DNA of 39,726 bases from UHGV virus genome UHGV-0339228. One strand, 5' to 3'. Both the position numbers and the translations under genes were made by a program. This DNA comes from a virus. The notes under the pieces were generated by a model, which made no database searches, was not told where the DNA came from, and worked only from the letters and a program-made list of their open reading frames with translations. Below are positions 32,842-39,726 of this stretch, piece after piece (position 1 is the stretch's first letter; each line of letters begins with the position of its first letter).

Positions 32842-32875
32842 CCCTCTGGTGATACTGCCTTGATTAGTAGAGGGA
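32842..32875 (+). promoter_or_regulatory. Conserved hairpin element, copy 2, immediately after the major-tail stop
   Basis: CCCTCTGGTGATACTGCCTTGATTAGTAGAGGGA versus copy 1 CCCTCTGACGATGTAGCCTTAGTTGGCAGAGGGA. They share the stem and the conserved GAT, GCCTT and TT.G positions. Confidence 0.45.
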
Positions 32876-32912
32876 GAATTTGTAAGGCGAAAAACGGATG
32901 ATTATGTACATA

Positions 32913-32937
32913 GGGGGCGGTAAAACCGCTCTCTTTT
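32913..32937 (+). terminator. Attenuator-type terminator between the major tail and chaperone genes
   Basis: GGGGGCGGT-AAA-ACCGCTCTC stem-loop followed by TTTT. This fits the usual step-down in expression after the major tail gene. Confidence 0.4.
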
Positions 32938-32953
32938 AATGGAGGTAAAAAAT

Positions 32954-33364
32954 ATGATGGAATTAACAATTAACGGACAGGTGTACCAGTTTAAATTCGG
33001 AATGGGATTTTTGAGAGAAATCAACAAGCAGACAAATATGCCTGTGGATGGATTGCCGGGAGTAAAAAAAGACGTAGGATTCCGGTATGCGCTTATGAAC
33101 TTAATAAATGGTGATCCGGATGCGTTGGTAAACATTCTCGATGTTGCGAATAAAGGGCAGAATCCGAGAGTGACAAGAGGCCTTTTGGATGAGTATATCG
33201 ACGATGAGGACACAGATATTGATGAGCTTACAGAAACAGTAATGGGTTTCTTGGAGAGTGCCAATGCTACAAAAAAAGCTACGAAAGAGATTGCGGACGC
33301 TGTGGAGAAAGAGAAACAGAGAGTGGAAGAGGAAGAAGCGAAGAAGAGAGAGCTGATGATGTAG
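32954..33364 (+). CDS. Tail assembly chaperone (gpG-like)
   Basis: MMELTINGQVYQFKFGMGFLREINK is the tail-chaperone family N-terminus. GGAGGT RBS 7 nt upstream of the ATG at 32954. The acidic C-terminus is as expected. Confidence 0.65.
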   Translation: MMELTINGQVYQFKFGMGFLREINKQTNMPVDGLPGVKKDVGFRYALMNLINGDPDALVNILDVANKGQNPRVTRGLLDEYIDDEDTDIDELTETVMGFLESANATKKATKEIADAVEKEKQRVEEEEAKKRELMM

Positions 33365-33702
33365 ATTTTGAAGAATCCTACAGAGAGGTGGCGTTGAATT
33401 GTTTCCGGTATCTTGGCTTTAAGAGCTTTGAAGAAGTGGATAGGTTGACAATTCCAGAATACACCTTGCTCATGGAGGCTGTGCAGCTAAGAGAAGTAGA
33501 TAAGGACTATCGAAATCATCTGCAAGCATTCCTGAATTTTGCTGTGAAAGCAGAGAAAAAGGTCGGAAAGAATAAGACTAAACCAGTTTATCAGAGATTC
33601 AGAAAGTTTTTTGATTACGAAAAAGAAGTAGATCGTGTGAGGAACCGAAAGCAAAAAAACGAAAGATTAGACATAATCGGCAGAATGATGAAAGGAGAGT
33701 GA
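33271..33702 (+). CDS. -1 frameshift extension of the tail chaperone (gpGT-like fusion; slippery A_AAA_AAA at 33271-33277)
   Basis: Frame -1 relative to the chaperone is open from 33226 to 33702, ending just before the tape-measure start. The heptamer A AAA AAA lies in the correct phase of the chaperone frame. This is the conserved G/GT arrangement upstream of tape-measure genes. Confidence 0.5.
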   Translation, partial: KKSYERDCGRCGERETESGRGRSEEERADDVDFEESYREVALNCFRYLGFKSFEEVDRLTIPEYTLLMEAVQLREVDKDYRNHLQAFLNFAVKAEKKVGKNKTKPVYQRFRKFFDYEKEVDRVRNRKQKNERLDIIGRMMKGE

Positions 33703-33706
33703 TGGC

Positions 33707-36472
33707 ATGGCAGAAAGTTTTTCCGTAAAGGCAATATTATCTGCGCAGGATAGAGGATTTACGTCTGCTTTCAAATCTGCAATGGGTACCGTAAGCAATT
33801 TAAAAAGCACGCTCACAAGTGGAATCGGATTTGGAATCATGGCCGGAATTGGACAAAAGGCATTTGGTGCTGTCACATCCAGTATTGGCGGTATGGTGTC
33901 GGAATTAAATTCTTCCAGTGCTGCATGGAAAACATTTAACGGAAACATGTCGATGGTTGGCAAAGGCGCTGACGAGATTGCATCTGTAAAAAAGGAATTG
34001 CAAGAGTTTGCAGAAGATACTATTTACAGCGCATCTGATATGGCGAGTACTTACGCTCAGCTGAGTGCAGTAGGTATTAAAAGCACGAACAAGCTTGTAA
34101 AGGGATTCGGAGGGCTTGCGGCGGCAGCTGAGAATCCAAAACAGGCAATGAAAACTTTAAGTCAGCAAGCTACACAGATGGCAGCGAAACCAACAGTTGC
34201 TTGGGCAGACTTTAAACTTATGATCGAACAGACTCCGGCTGGTATATCGGCAGTCGCAAAAGAAATGGGCATGACTACCACGGAGCTGGTGCAGAATGTG
34301 CAGGACGGAAAAATCGCGACAGAAGATTTCTTTGATGCTATCGCAAAAGTCGGCACAAATGACGCATTTACGAAGCTTGCTACAGAGTATAAGACTGTAG
34401 ATCAGGCAATGGATGGTCTGACCGAAACAGTAAGTAATAAGCTGGCACCGTCATTTGATGTTTTATCCGGTCGAGCGATTAAATCTTTGGACGGGATAAT
34501 TAATAAAATTGGAGATCTTGATGGAGATGCAATCGCAGGGAAATTAACTGGATTTCTCGATAAAGCAAGTGGGTACTGGAATGTTTTAAAAACAGAAGCA
34601 TTAGAAGTGAAGACCGCTTTTGGAGATGCTTTTTCCGCAATCGGAGAAGATCTCGGAAAGATCACCGGTGCGTTTGGATCCACGGAAAGCATTAGTTCTT
34701 TTAGTAGTGTAATGGATTCTGCGAGCGGAGCATTGAAAACCTTTGCTGGTTTCTTAGAGGAACATTCTGAAACTATCGCGAAAGTGATTCCTCAGATTCC
34801 TAAGCTTGTCGTTGCATATAAAGGCTTTAAAATTGCAAAAAGTGTTGCCCCGTTTGTAGGTGCATTCACCAGTGCGATTGCAGGTCTTGCCGGCGCAGGG
34901 ATTAGTGCGATTGCCGGAAAATTGCTTGGAATTTCCAAGGGACAGAGAGAAGTTGGAGTGTCGAGTAGGGAAAGCATGAAAAGCACTATGGAATCTGCCA
35001 AAGCATTTATGATGCTTGGTGCAGGCGTTGCTCTGATTAGCGGTGGTTTCTTTTTGCTTGCTCAAGGAGCGAAAGCTGTGGCGGAATCGGGACCATTGGC
35101 TGTTGCTGTTCTAGTTGGAATGGTAGCTGCAATCGCAGGACTTCTGATCGTGGCAAAAATGGTGGCTCCGACATTATCGGCAGGTGCAGCAGGATTTGTT
35201 GCATTCGGAGCAGCTGTTGTTTTGGCAGCGGCTGGAATTGCGGTATTGACCGTATCTGCAATTTCATTGGCGAATGCCGGACCTCTTGCAATTGCAGTGA
35301 TGTTTGGCTTGATCGTAGCAATTGGTGGCTTGATGATTGTAGCGGCAGCAGTAGCACCGGTTCTCACCGCAGGAGCTGTTGGGCTGGTCGCATTTGGAGC
35401 GGCAGCAGTCCTTGTAGGAGCAGCTGTTCTGCTTGCGAGTGCAGGATTGGCTTTGGTTGCAAGTGTGCTCCCTATTGTTGCTGAATATGGCTTGCAAGCA
35501 TCTGTAGCAATCGGAGCATTAGGGGCAGCAATGACAGTGTTTGGAGCAGGGACGATTGTAGCAGGAGCTGGATGTACGGTTCTTGCAGTTGGATTGTTGG
35601 CAGTAGGAGTTGCAGTGCTTGGTGTCACGGTGGGAGTTGTTGCATTTGGAGTAGCGATGACAGCAGCGTGTGTTGGCGTGCTGGCAATGGCAGCGGCACT
35701 GTTGGCGGTTAATTCCAGTATGAAGTCGATTGCAAAGAATGCGAAAACAGCGCAGAAATCTATCGAGAGTATGAAAGATTCTGTAAGTATTGTGAATGAC
35801 GGTCTGGATGCTCTTGGAAATAAAGCGAAAAGTGCGGTGAAATCCATTGTCAGCGCATTTGATTCCGGCGCAGGAAAAGCGAGAAACTCTGGACAGAAAC
35901 TTGGGGACAGTGCAAAAGAGGGTGTACAGAACGGACTACAGCCAACACAGGCAATTGCAATTAGTACTGTTTCCGCTGTGCTTGCCTCTTTTGCGTCTGG
36001 AGCCGGAAGTGCCTACAGTAGCGGTCTAAATATCGGGATGAGCTTCGCAAATGGACTGGCTGCAAGCCTCGGAAGAATACAGGCGATTGCGGCACAGATG
36101 GCGGCCGCGGCAAATTCTGCAGCAGCATCCCGGGCGAGCCTGCCAAAAACAAGAAGTGTTATAGCGGGTGAAATAGAAAATACTCCGATGATCTCAGCTT
36201 ATGGAATGGTCGATGAAATAAATAACAGAATTGATATTCCGGTTATTTCCAGTGCTGATCCAGTCATGACGGCATATACAAGTAGAACTGATACAAAAAA
36301 AGAATTATCTGATGGTTACACCTATCAGCGGAACGCGACATACACAATCGTTGTACCAGTTGAGTACAACGGAAGAGAAGCGGCACGAGTTACGGCAGAA
36401 TTTACGCAGAAAGAGCTGGAGAGTCGAGAGAGTATGAGGATGAGACTGAAAGGAGAACGAAGTCATGTATGA
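33707..36472 (+). CDS. Tail tape measure protein
   Basis: 921 aa. It has an N-terminal helical domain and central Ala/Gly/Val-rich transmembrane-like repeats (two ~62-aa tandem units at about 35081-35458). It sits after the chaperone and before Dit. RBS AAAGGAGAG. Confidence 0.85.
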   Translation: MAESFSVKAILSAQDRGFTSAFKSAMGTVSNLKSTLTSGIGFGIMAGIGQKAFGAVTSSIGGMVSELNSSSAAWKTFNGNMSMVGKGADEIASVKKELQEFAEDTIYSASDMASTYAQLSAVGIKSTNKLVKGFGGLAAAAENPKQAMKTLSQQATQMAAKPTVAWADFKLMIEQTPAGISAVAKEMGMTTTELVQNVQDGKIATEDFFDAIAKVGTNDAFTKLATEYKTVDQAMDGLTETVSNKLAPSFDVLSGRAIKSLDGIINKIGDLDGDAIAGKLTGFLDKASGYWNVLKTEALEVKTAFGDAFSAIGEDLGKITGAFGSTESISSFSSVMDSASGALKTFAGFLEEHSETIAKVIPQIPKLVVAYKGFKIAKSVAPFVGAFTSAIAGLAGAGISAIAGKLLGISKGQREVGVSSRESMKSTMESAKAFMMLGAGVALISGGFFLLAQGAKAVAESGPLAVAVLVGMVAAIAGLLIVAKMVAPTLSAGAAGFVAFGAAVVLAAAGIAVLTVSAISLANAGPLAIAVMFGLIVAIGGLMIVAAAVAPVLTAGAVGLVAFGAAAVLVGAAVLLASAGLALVASVLPIVAEYGLQASVAIGALGAAMTVFGAGTIVAGAGCTVLAVGLLAVGVAVLGVTVGVVAFGVAMTAACVGVLAMAAALLAVNSSMKSIAKNAKTAQKSIESMKDSVSIVNDGLDALGNKAKSAVKSIVSAFDSGAGKARNSGQKLGDSAKEGVQNGLQPTQAIAISTVSAVLASFASGAGSAYSSGLNIGMSFANGLAASLGRIQAIAAQMAAAANSAAASRASLPKTRSVIAGEIENTPMISAYGMVDEINNRIDIPVISSADPVMTAYTSRTDTKKELSDGYTYQRNATYTIVVPVEYNGREAARVTAEFTQKELESRESMRMRLKGERSHV

Positions 36473-37997
36473 TTTTGTAGACACGGGCGAGGTTGGGAGT
36501 GAAAACTCCCTGCCAAGTGAGGCCCTGCAGATTGATGGAGAATACATCGAAAACCTAATTGACGGATACAGAACTCTGTACGTGACCGGTCGTGAGCTTT
36601 TGGGATCGGAAATTTCGGAGAGAGAAATTGATCTTGTGGATGGGTCCGAGTATACGGGAAAGCGAGATACAACCAGAAGCATTACAGTTGGATACCAGTT
36701 GCTTTGCGCATCTCCTAGAGAGTTCCAGGAAAAATTCAACAAACTCTCTGGAATCTTAAATAAGGAACAGGCAAAGCTGATTTTTGCAGATGAACCGGAT
36801 AAATATTTTATCGGGACGAAATCAAGTGTAGGAGATGTGGAGCCAGGCAGATTGAACGTAAAAAGCGAATTTACTTTTTATTGTTGTGATCCACGGAAAT
36901 ATTCTGCAGCGGAAAAATCGTTTACTGCCCATCAGGAAAGCGGATATCAGACGCTTACTATTGTAAATGGTGGTACAGAATCCGTTCCGGTAAGCTACGA
37001 TATCACTCACAACCATGAAAATGGATTTATTGGGATTGCCAGTAAATACGGTGCAATACAACTCGGCAAGATCGAAGAAGCAGACGGCGAAGACTATAAG
37101 GCGTCAGAGATACTGTCAGAGGGGTATAGCCTGTTTCAAGACGATCACGGCACCTCTTATCAGAATCCAGAAAATACCACACAGGGAACACTCGAAGTCA
37201 AGAATGTTGCCGGATATAACGTCATGGCATTAAAAGGTGGACAGGCAACATCCGGGTACTGGAACGGCGGAATGAGAACACTTACTATCCCGGTTGACAG
37301 CGAGGGCAGACGTGGGGCAAAGAACTTTTACTGTTACACGCAGCACTGGTTCGAGACTGGATTGATGGGACAGACGGGAGCACAGACTATTGCGTTTCTT
37401 ACAGGGAAAAATGAAGTGATCTGCTCTATGTCTATTAACAAGAGTGATACGGTTGGTAATACGGCGCATGTGGACTGGTTCGCACCACAAAACAAGAAGA
37501 TCAAGACACTGGATTTCCAGCCGACAGCTTATGAGGGAAACCCGTTTAATTTAAAGATGGGTGGCGGGCATAATGACTTTTTAAAAGAAGGGGATCGGTT
37601 GCGTATTTTCTGGTATGGGCAGTACTATTACTTCACTATCCCGGAAATCAAGGACATGGCGTGCGAGAAGATACAGGTCTGGATCGGGCAGTGGGGAAGT
37701 AGAGATCTTGGAAATCAGCTGGTTACGCACAATTATTTAAAAAGTATCTGGTTCCGCAAGGATAACGTGGAAAAATACAGAGATGTGCCGAACCGGTATA
37801 AGTCCGGAGATGTGGTCTATATTGATGGAAATGATACAGCGGTTTATGTAAACGGGATGAAGCGGATGGAAGATGAAATCCGAGGAAGTAAGCATTTTCT
37901 GGTGCCGCCGGGAGAGACGGAGATCCAGTTCTCCTACTCGGCATTTAGCAGTCCTCCACCAACGATTAAAGCCAAAATAAGGGAGGCGTATTTATAA
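36465..37997 (+). CDS. Distal tail protein (Dit), extended form
   Basis: 510 aa. The N-terminal region is typical of siphovirus tail-component (Dit) proteins, and it sits between the tape-measure and Tal genes. The length suggests an inserted extra domain. Confidence 0.7.
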   Translation: MYDFVDTGEVGSENSLPSEALQIDGEYIENLIDGYRTLYVTGRELLGSEISEREIDLVDGSEYTGKRDTTRSITVGYQLLCASPREFQEKFNKLSGILNKEQAKLIFADEPDKYFIGTKSSVGDVEPGRLNVKSEFTFYCCDPRKYSAAEKSFTAHQESGYQTLTIVNGGTESVPVSYDITHNHENGFIGIASKYGAIQLGKIEEADGEDYKASEILSEGYSLFQDDHGTSYQNPENTTQGTLEVKNVAGYNVMALKGGQATSGYWNGGMRTLTIPVDSEGRRGAKNFYCYTQHWFETGLMGQTGAQTIAFLTGKNEVICSMSINKSDTVGNTAHVDWFAPQNKKIKTLDFQPTAYEGNPFNLKMGGGHNDFLKEGDRLRIFWYGQYYYFTIPEIKDMACEKIQVWIGQWGSRDLGNQLVTHNYLKSIWFRKDNVEKYRDVPNRYKSGDVVYIDGNDTAVYVNGMKRMEDEIRGSKHFLVPPGETEIQFSYSAFSSPPPTIKAKIREAYL

Positions 37998-39726
37998 TGA
38001 ATGAAATCAGAATTGCCGTACTGAATCCACATGACAGGGTGCTTGCATTTTTGGATAACACCCATCGAAACTCTATGCATTATTGGAACGATGAGCTACA
38101 TGAATATCTGCAGGGGACAGCGAATACATACGCATTTACGGTAAGTTCCAAACACGAGGATGCGGCGTATATCGTAGAAGGGAATAAAGTAGCCTTTGTA
38201 TATAACGGAAAAGACTACTATCTGAATATCGTACATGTGGAAAAGGATGAATTTACAGTTACTGCGACAGCATGGTCTTTAAGCTTCGAATTGATCAACG
38301 AGAATGTTGGGGCATACAAATCTGAAAGCGCAATGAGCTTTGAGGAATATGTAACTGCCTTTGATCCGGAACGTACCGTGCGGATCGGGATCAATGAAGT
38401 GTCAGATAAGCGGATTTCAAACGAATGGACAGGTGAGGCAACGGTACTGTCCCGTTTATTTTCCGTGGCGAATGTATTCGATGCGGAGATTGAGTTCCAG
38501 ACTGTGTTAAATGATGATTATTCACTGAAAGAAATTGTAATGAACGTGTATCGGGAACACTCAGACAATAACACGGGAGTTGGGGAGTTCCGGGGAGATA
38601 TTAAGCTGCGGTACGGGAAAAATGTTACCGGCATCCGGAAGGAATCCAGTATCGAAAACCTGTACACCGGTATCCGTCCAACAGGAAAGGATGGACTGAC
38701 TATACAGGGAATTGAGAAAGAAGAGCTGGATGAGAACGGTGTAGTAGAGTTTTATACACAAGGTCCAGATATCCGGGCACCACAGGCAAGAGATCGCTTC
38801 CCATCGAATCTGATAAACAAGGAAGACGGATACATCTTTATGCCAAAATCCTACGATACGGATAATAAAGACAAGCTGTACAGTATGGCACTATTGGACT
38901 TGAAAACAGCATCTGAACCGGTTGTGACTTATGATGTAACGGGGTACTTTGATACTGCTATCGGAGATACCGTGGAGATTGAGGATGAGGAGTACGTTCC
39001 TACATTATATTTGAGTGCAAGAGTATCGGAGCAGGTTCGCAGTTTCACGAATCCGCAAGCAAACAAGACAGTCTTTACCAATTTTAAAGAGCTGCAGCCG
39101 GAAATCTCTGAAGATTTGCTGCAGAAAGTAGAGGATCTGATTAACAAAACAAAGATTTACACAAGCAGTATCTCTACGGATAACGGAATTGTATTTAAAA
39201 ATAATGAAGGCTTTACCAACTTGACTGCCAATGTAATAGATAATGGGGTAGATCGGACAGACAATTTCACAATTCGATGGTTTAAGGATGGGAATCATAT
39301 CTACGCCGGTCGGACCATAAAAGTTCGAGCTTTGGATGTGGAGAGCAAGGCGGTCTACAAATTTGAAGCAAGGGATACGGAGGGAGTCCTAAGGGGATTT
39401 GAAGAAGTAACGGTTACGGATGTATCCGATGGAGAGCCGGGAAAAGACGGAACAACTTATTACACATGGTTTAAATTTGCTGATGACGAGTATGGAAACG
39501 GGATGTCCAGCAGTCCAGATGGAAAGGAATACTTAGGAATTGCCTACAATAAGGTGACTCCAGTAATGTCCAATAATCCGGAAGATTACCAGTGGGCAAG
39601 GATCACCGGAGAGGGCATACCCGGGAAACCCGGAGCGGACGGAAAAACTTACTACACATGGGTAAGGTATGCGGATGATGCCAGAGGAAACGGGATGTCT
39701 GACAGTCCGAATGGAAAATATTACAT
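37997..39726 (+). CDS. Tail-associated lysin-like (Tal) protein, N-terminal 576 codons; the ORF runs off the window end and continues in frame at nt 1
   Basis: The N-terminus MNEIRIAVLNPHDRVLAFLDN... matches the prophage tail endopeptidase / Tal N-domain. The C-terminal part has repeats (G.PG.DG.TYYTW.K.ADD..GNGMS.SP.GK.Y.GIAYNK.TP..SNNP.DYQW). There is no stop before the window end. The gene overlaps the Dit stop (TAATG). Confidence 0.75.
   Translation, partial: MNEIRIAVLNPHDRVLAFLDNTHRNSMHYWNDELHEYLQGTANTYAFTVSSKHEDAAYIVEGNKVAFVYNGKDYYLNIVHVEKDEFTVTATAWSLSFELINENVGAYKSESAMSFEEYVTAFDPERTVRIGINEVSDKRISNEWTGEATVLSRLFSVANVFDAEIEFQTVLNDDYSLKEIVMNVYREHSDNNTGVGEFRGDIKLRYGKNVTGIRKESSIENLYTGIRPTGKDGLTIQGIEKEELDENGVVEFYTQGPDIRAPQARDRFPSNLINKEDGYIFMPKSYDTDNKDKLYSMALLDLKTASEPVVTYDVTGYFDTAIGDTVEIEDEEYVPTLYLSARVSEQVRSFTNPQANKTVFTNFKELQPEISEDLLQKVEDLINKTKIYTSSISTDNGIVFKNNEGFTNLTANVIDNGVDRTDNFTIRWFKDGNHIYAGRTIKVRALDVESKAVYKFEARDTEGVLRGFEEVTVTDVSDGEPGKDGTTYYTWFKFADDEYGNGMSSSPDGKEYLGIAYNKVTPVMSNNPEDYQWARITGEGIPGKPGADGKTYYTWVRYADDARGNGMSDSPNGKYY

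Noticed and set aside
35062-35847. Long minus-strand ORFs (261 aa, 106 aa, 77 aa and others) inside the tape-measure gene
   Set aside because: They are antisense to the Ala/Gly/Val-rich repeat region, which is GC-rich and low in stop codons on both strands. Their products are low-complexity (PTATPTANNPTARTV...), and no RBS or promoter is present. They are artefacts of the tape-measure gene's composition.

Overview
The window reads as one nearly complete temperate siphovirus-type phage or prophage genome of about 39.7 kb, probably from a Clostridia host. The host is inferred from the tail-tip gene set (Dit, Tal), a PBSX-type large terminase, XhlA, a Prp protease, and an LQLFA motif like the Clostridial ribosomal protein L27 N-terminus. 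Almost every gene is on the + strand. The window ends inside the tail-tip (Tal) gene and begins, in the same reading frame, with the rest of that gene, so the sequence is most likely a circularly permuted or circularised phage genome cut within Tal.

Gene order by module:
- 1..5272: end of Tal, two Listeria-Bacteroides-repeat (Flg_new-type) tail-fibre proteins, a collagen-like fibre.
- 5283..7472: lysis cassette (XhlA-like, holin, amidase endolysin) with a HicA/HicB toxin-antitoxin pair inserted in it.
- 7800..9927: candidate attP, large serine recombinase, lipoprotein moron.
- 10015..14049: lysogeny control (small XRE-type helix-turn-helix (HTH) protein flanked by palindromes, cI-like and Cro-like divergent pair with TTCGAA operators, Rha and Bro-N antirepressors, two minus-strand morons).
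- 15028..18363: recombination and replication (Gp157, SSAP, RusA, replisome organiser).
- 18375..23222: small early ORFs ending in an ArpU-family late regulator.
- 23304..23769: terminator, tRNA-like minihelix, tRNA-Asn, inverted repeat.
- 23829..28489: small and large terminase, portal, MuF with a C-terminal extension plus a coupled small ORF.
- 28547..32839: Prp-like protease, scaffold, major capsid, head collagen-like protein, connectors, major tail protein.
- 32954..39726: tail chaperone with a -1 frameshift site, tape measure, Dit, Tal.

No rRNA or CRISPR array is present. Points worth a second look:
- the circular permutation through the Tal gene;
- the 50-bp candidate attP next to the serine recombinase;
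- a Prp protease with an LQLFA motif in scaffold, capsid and major tail protein;
- a conserved hairpin placed just after the capsid and major tail stop codons;
- Flg_new repeat arrays in the tail-fibre proteins;
- a possible MuF toxin/immunity pair;
- two promoter-equipped minus-strand morons in the lysogeny region.
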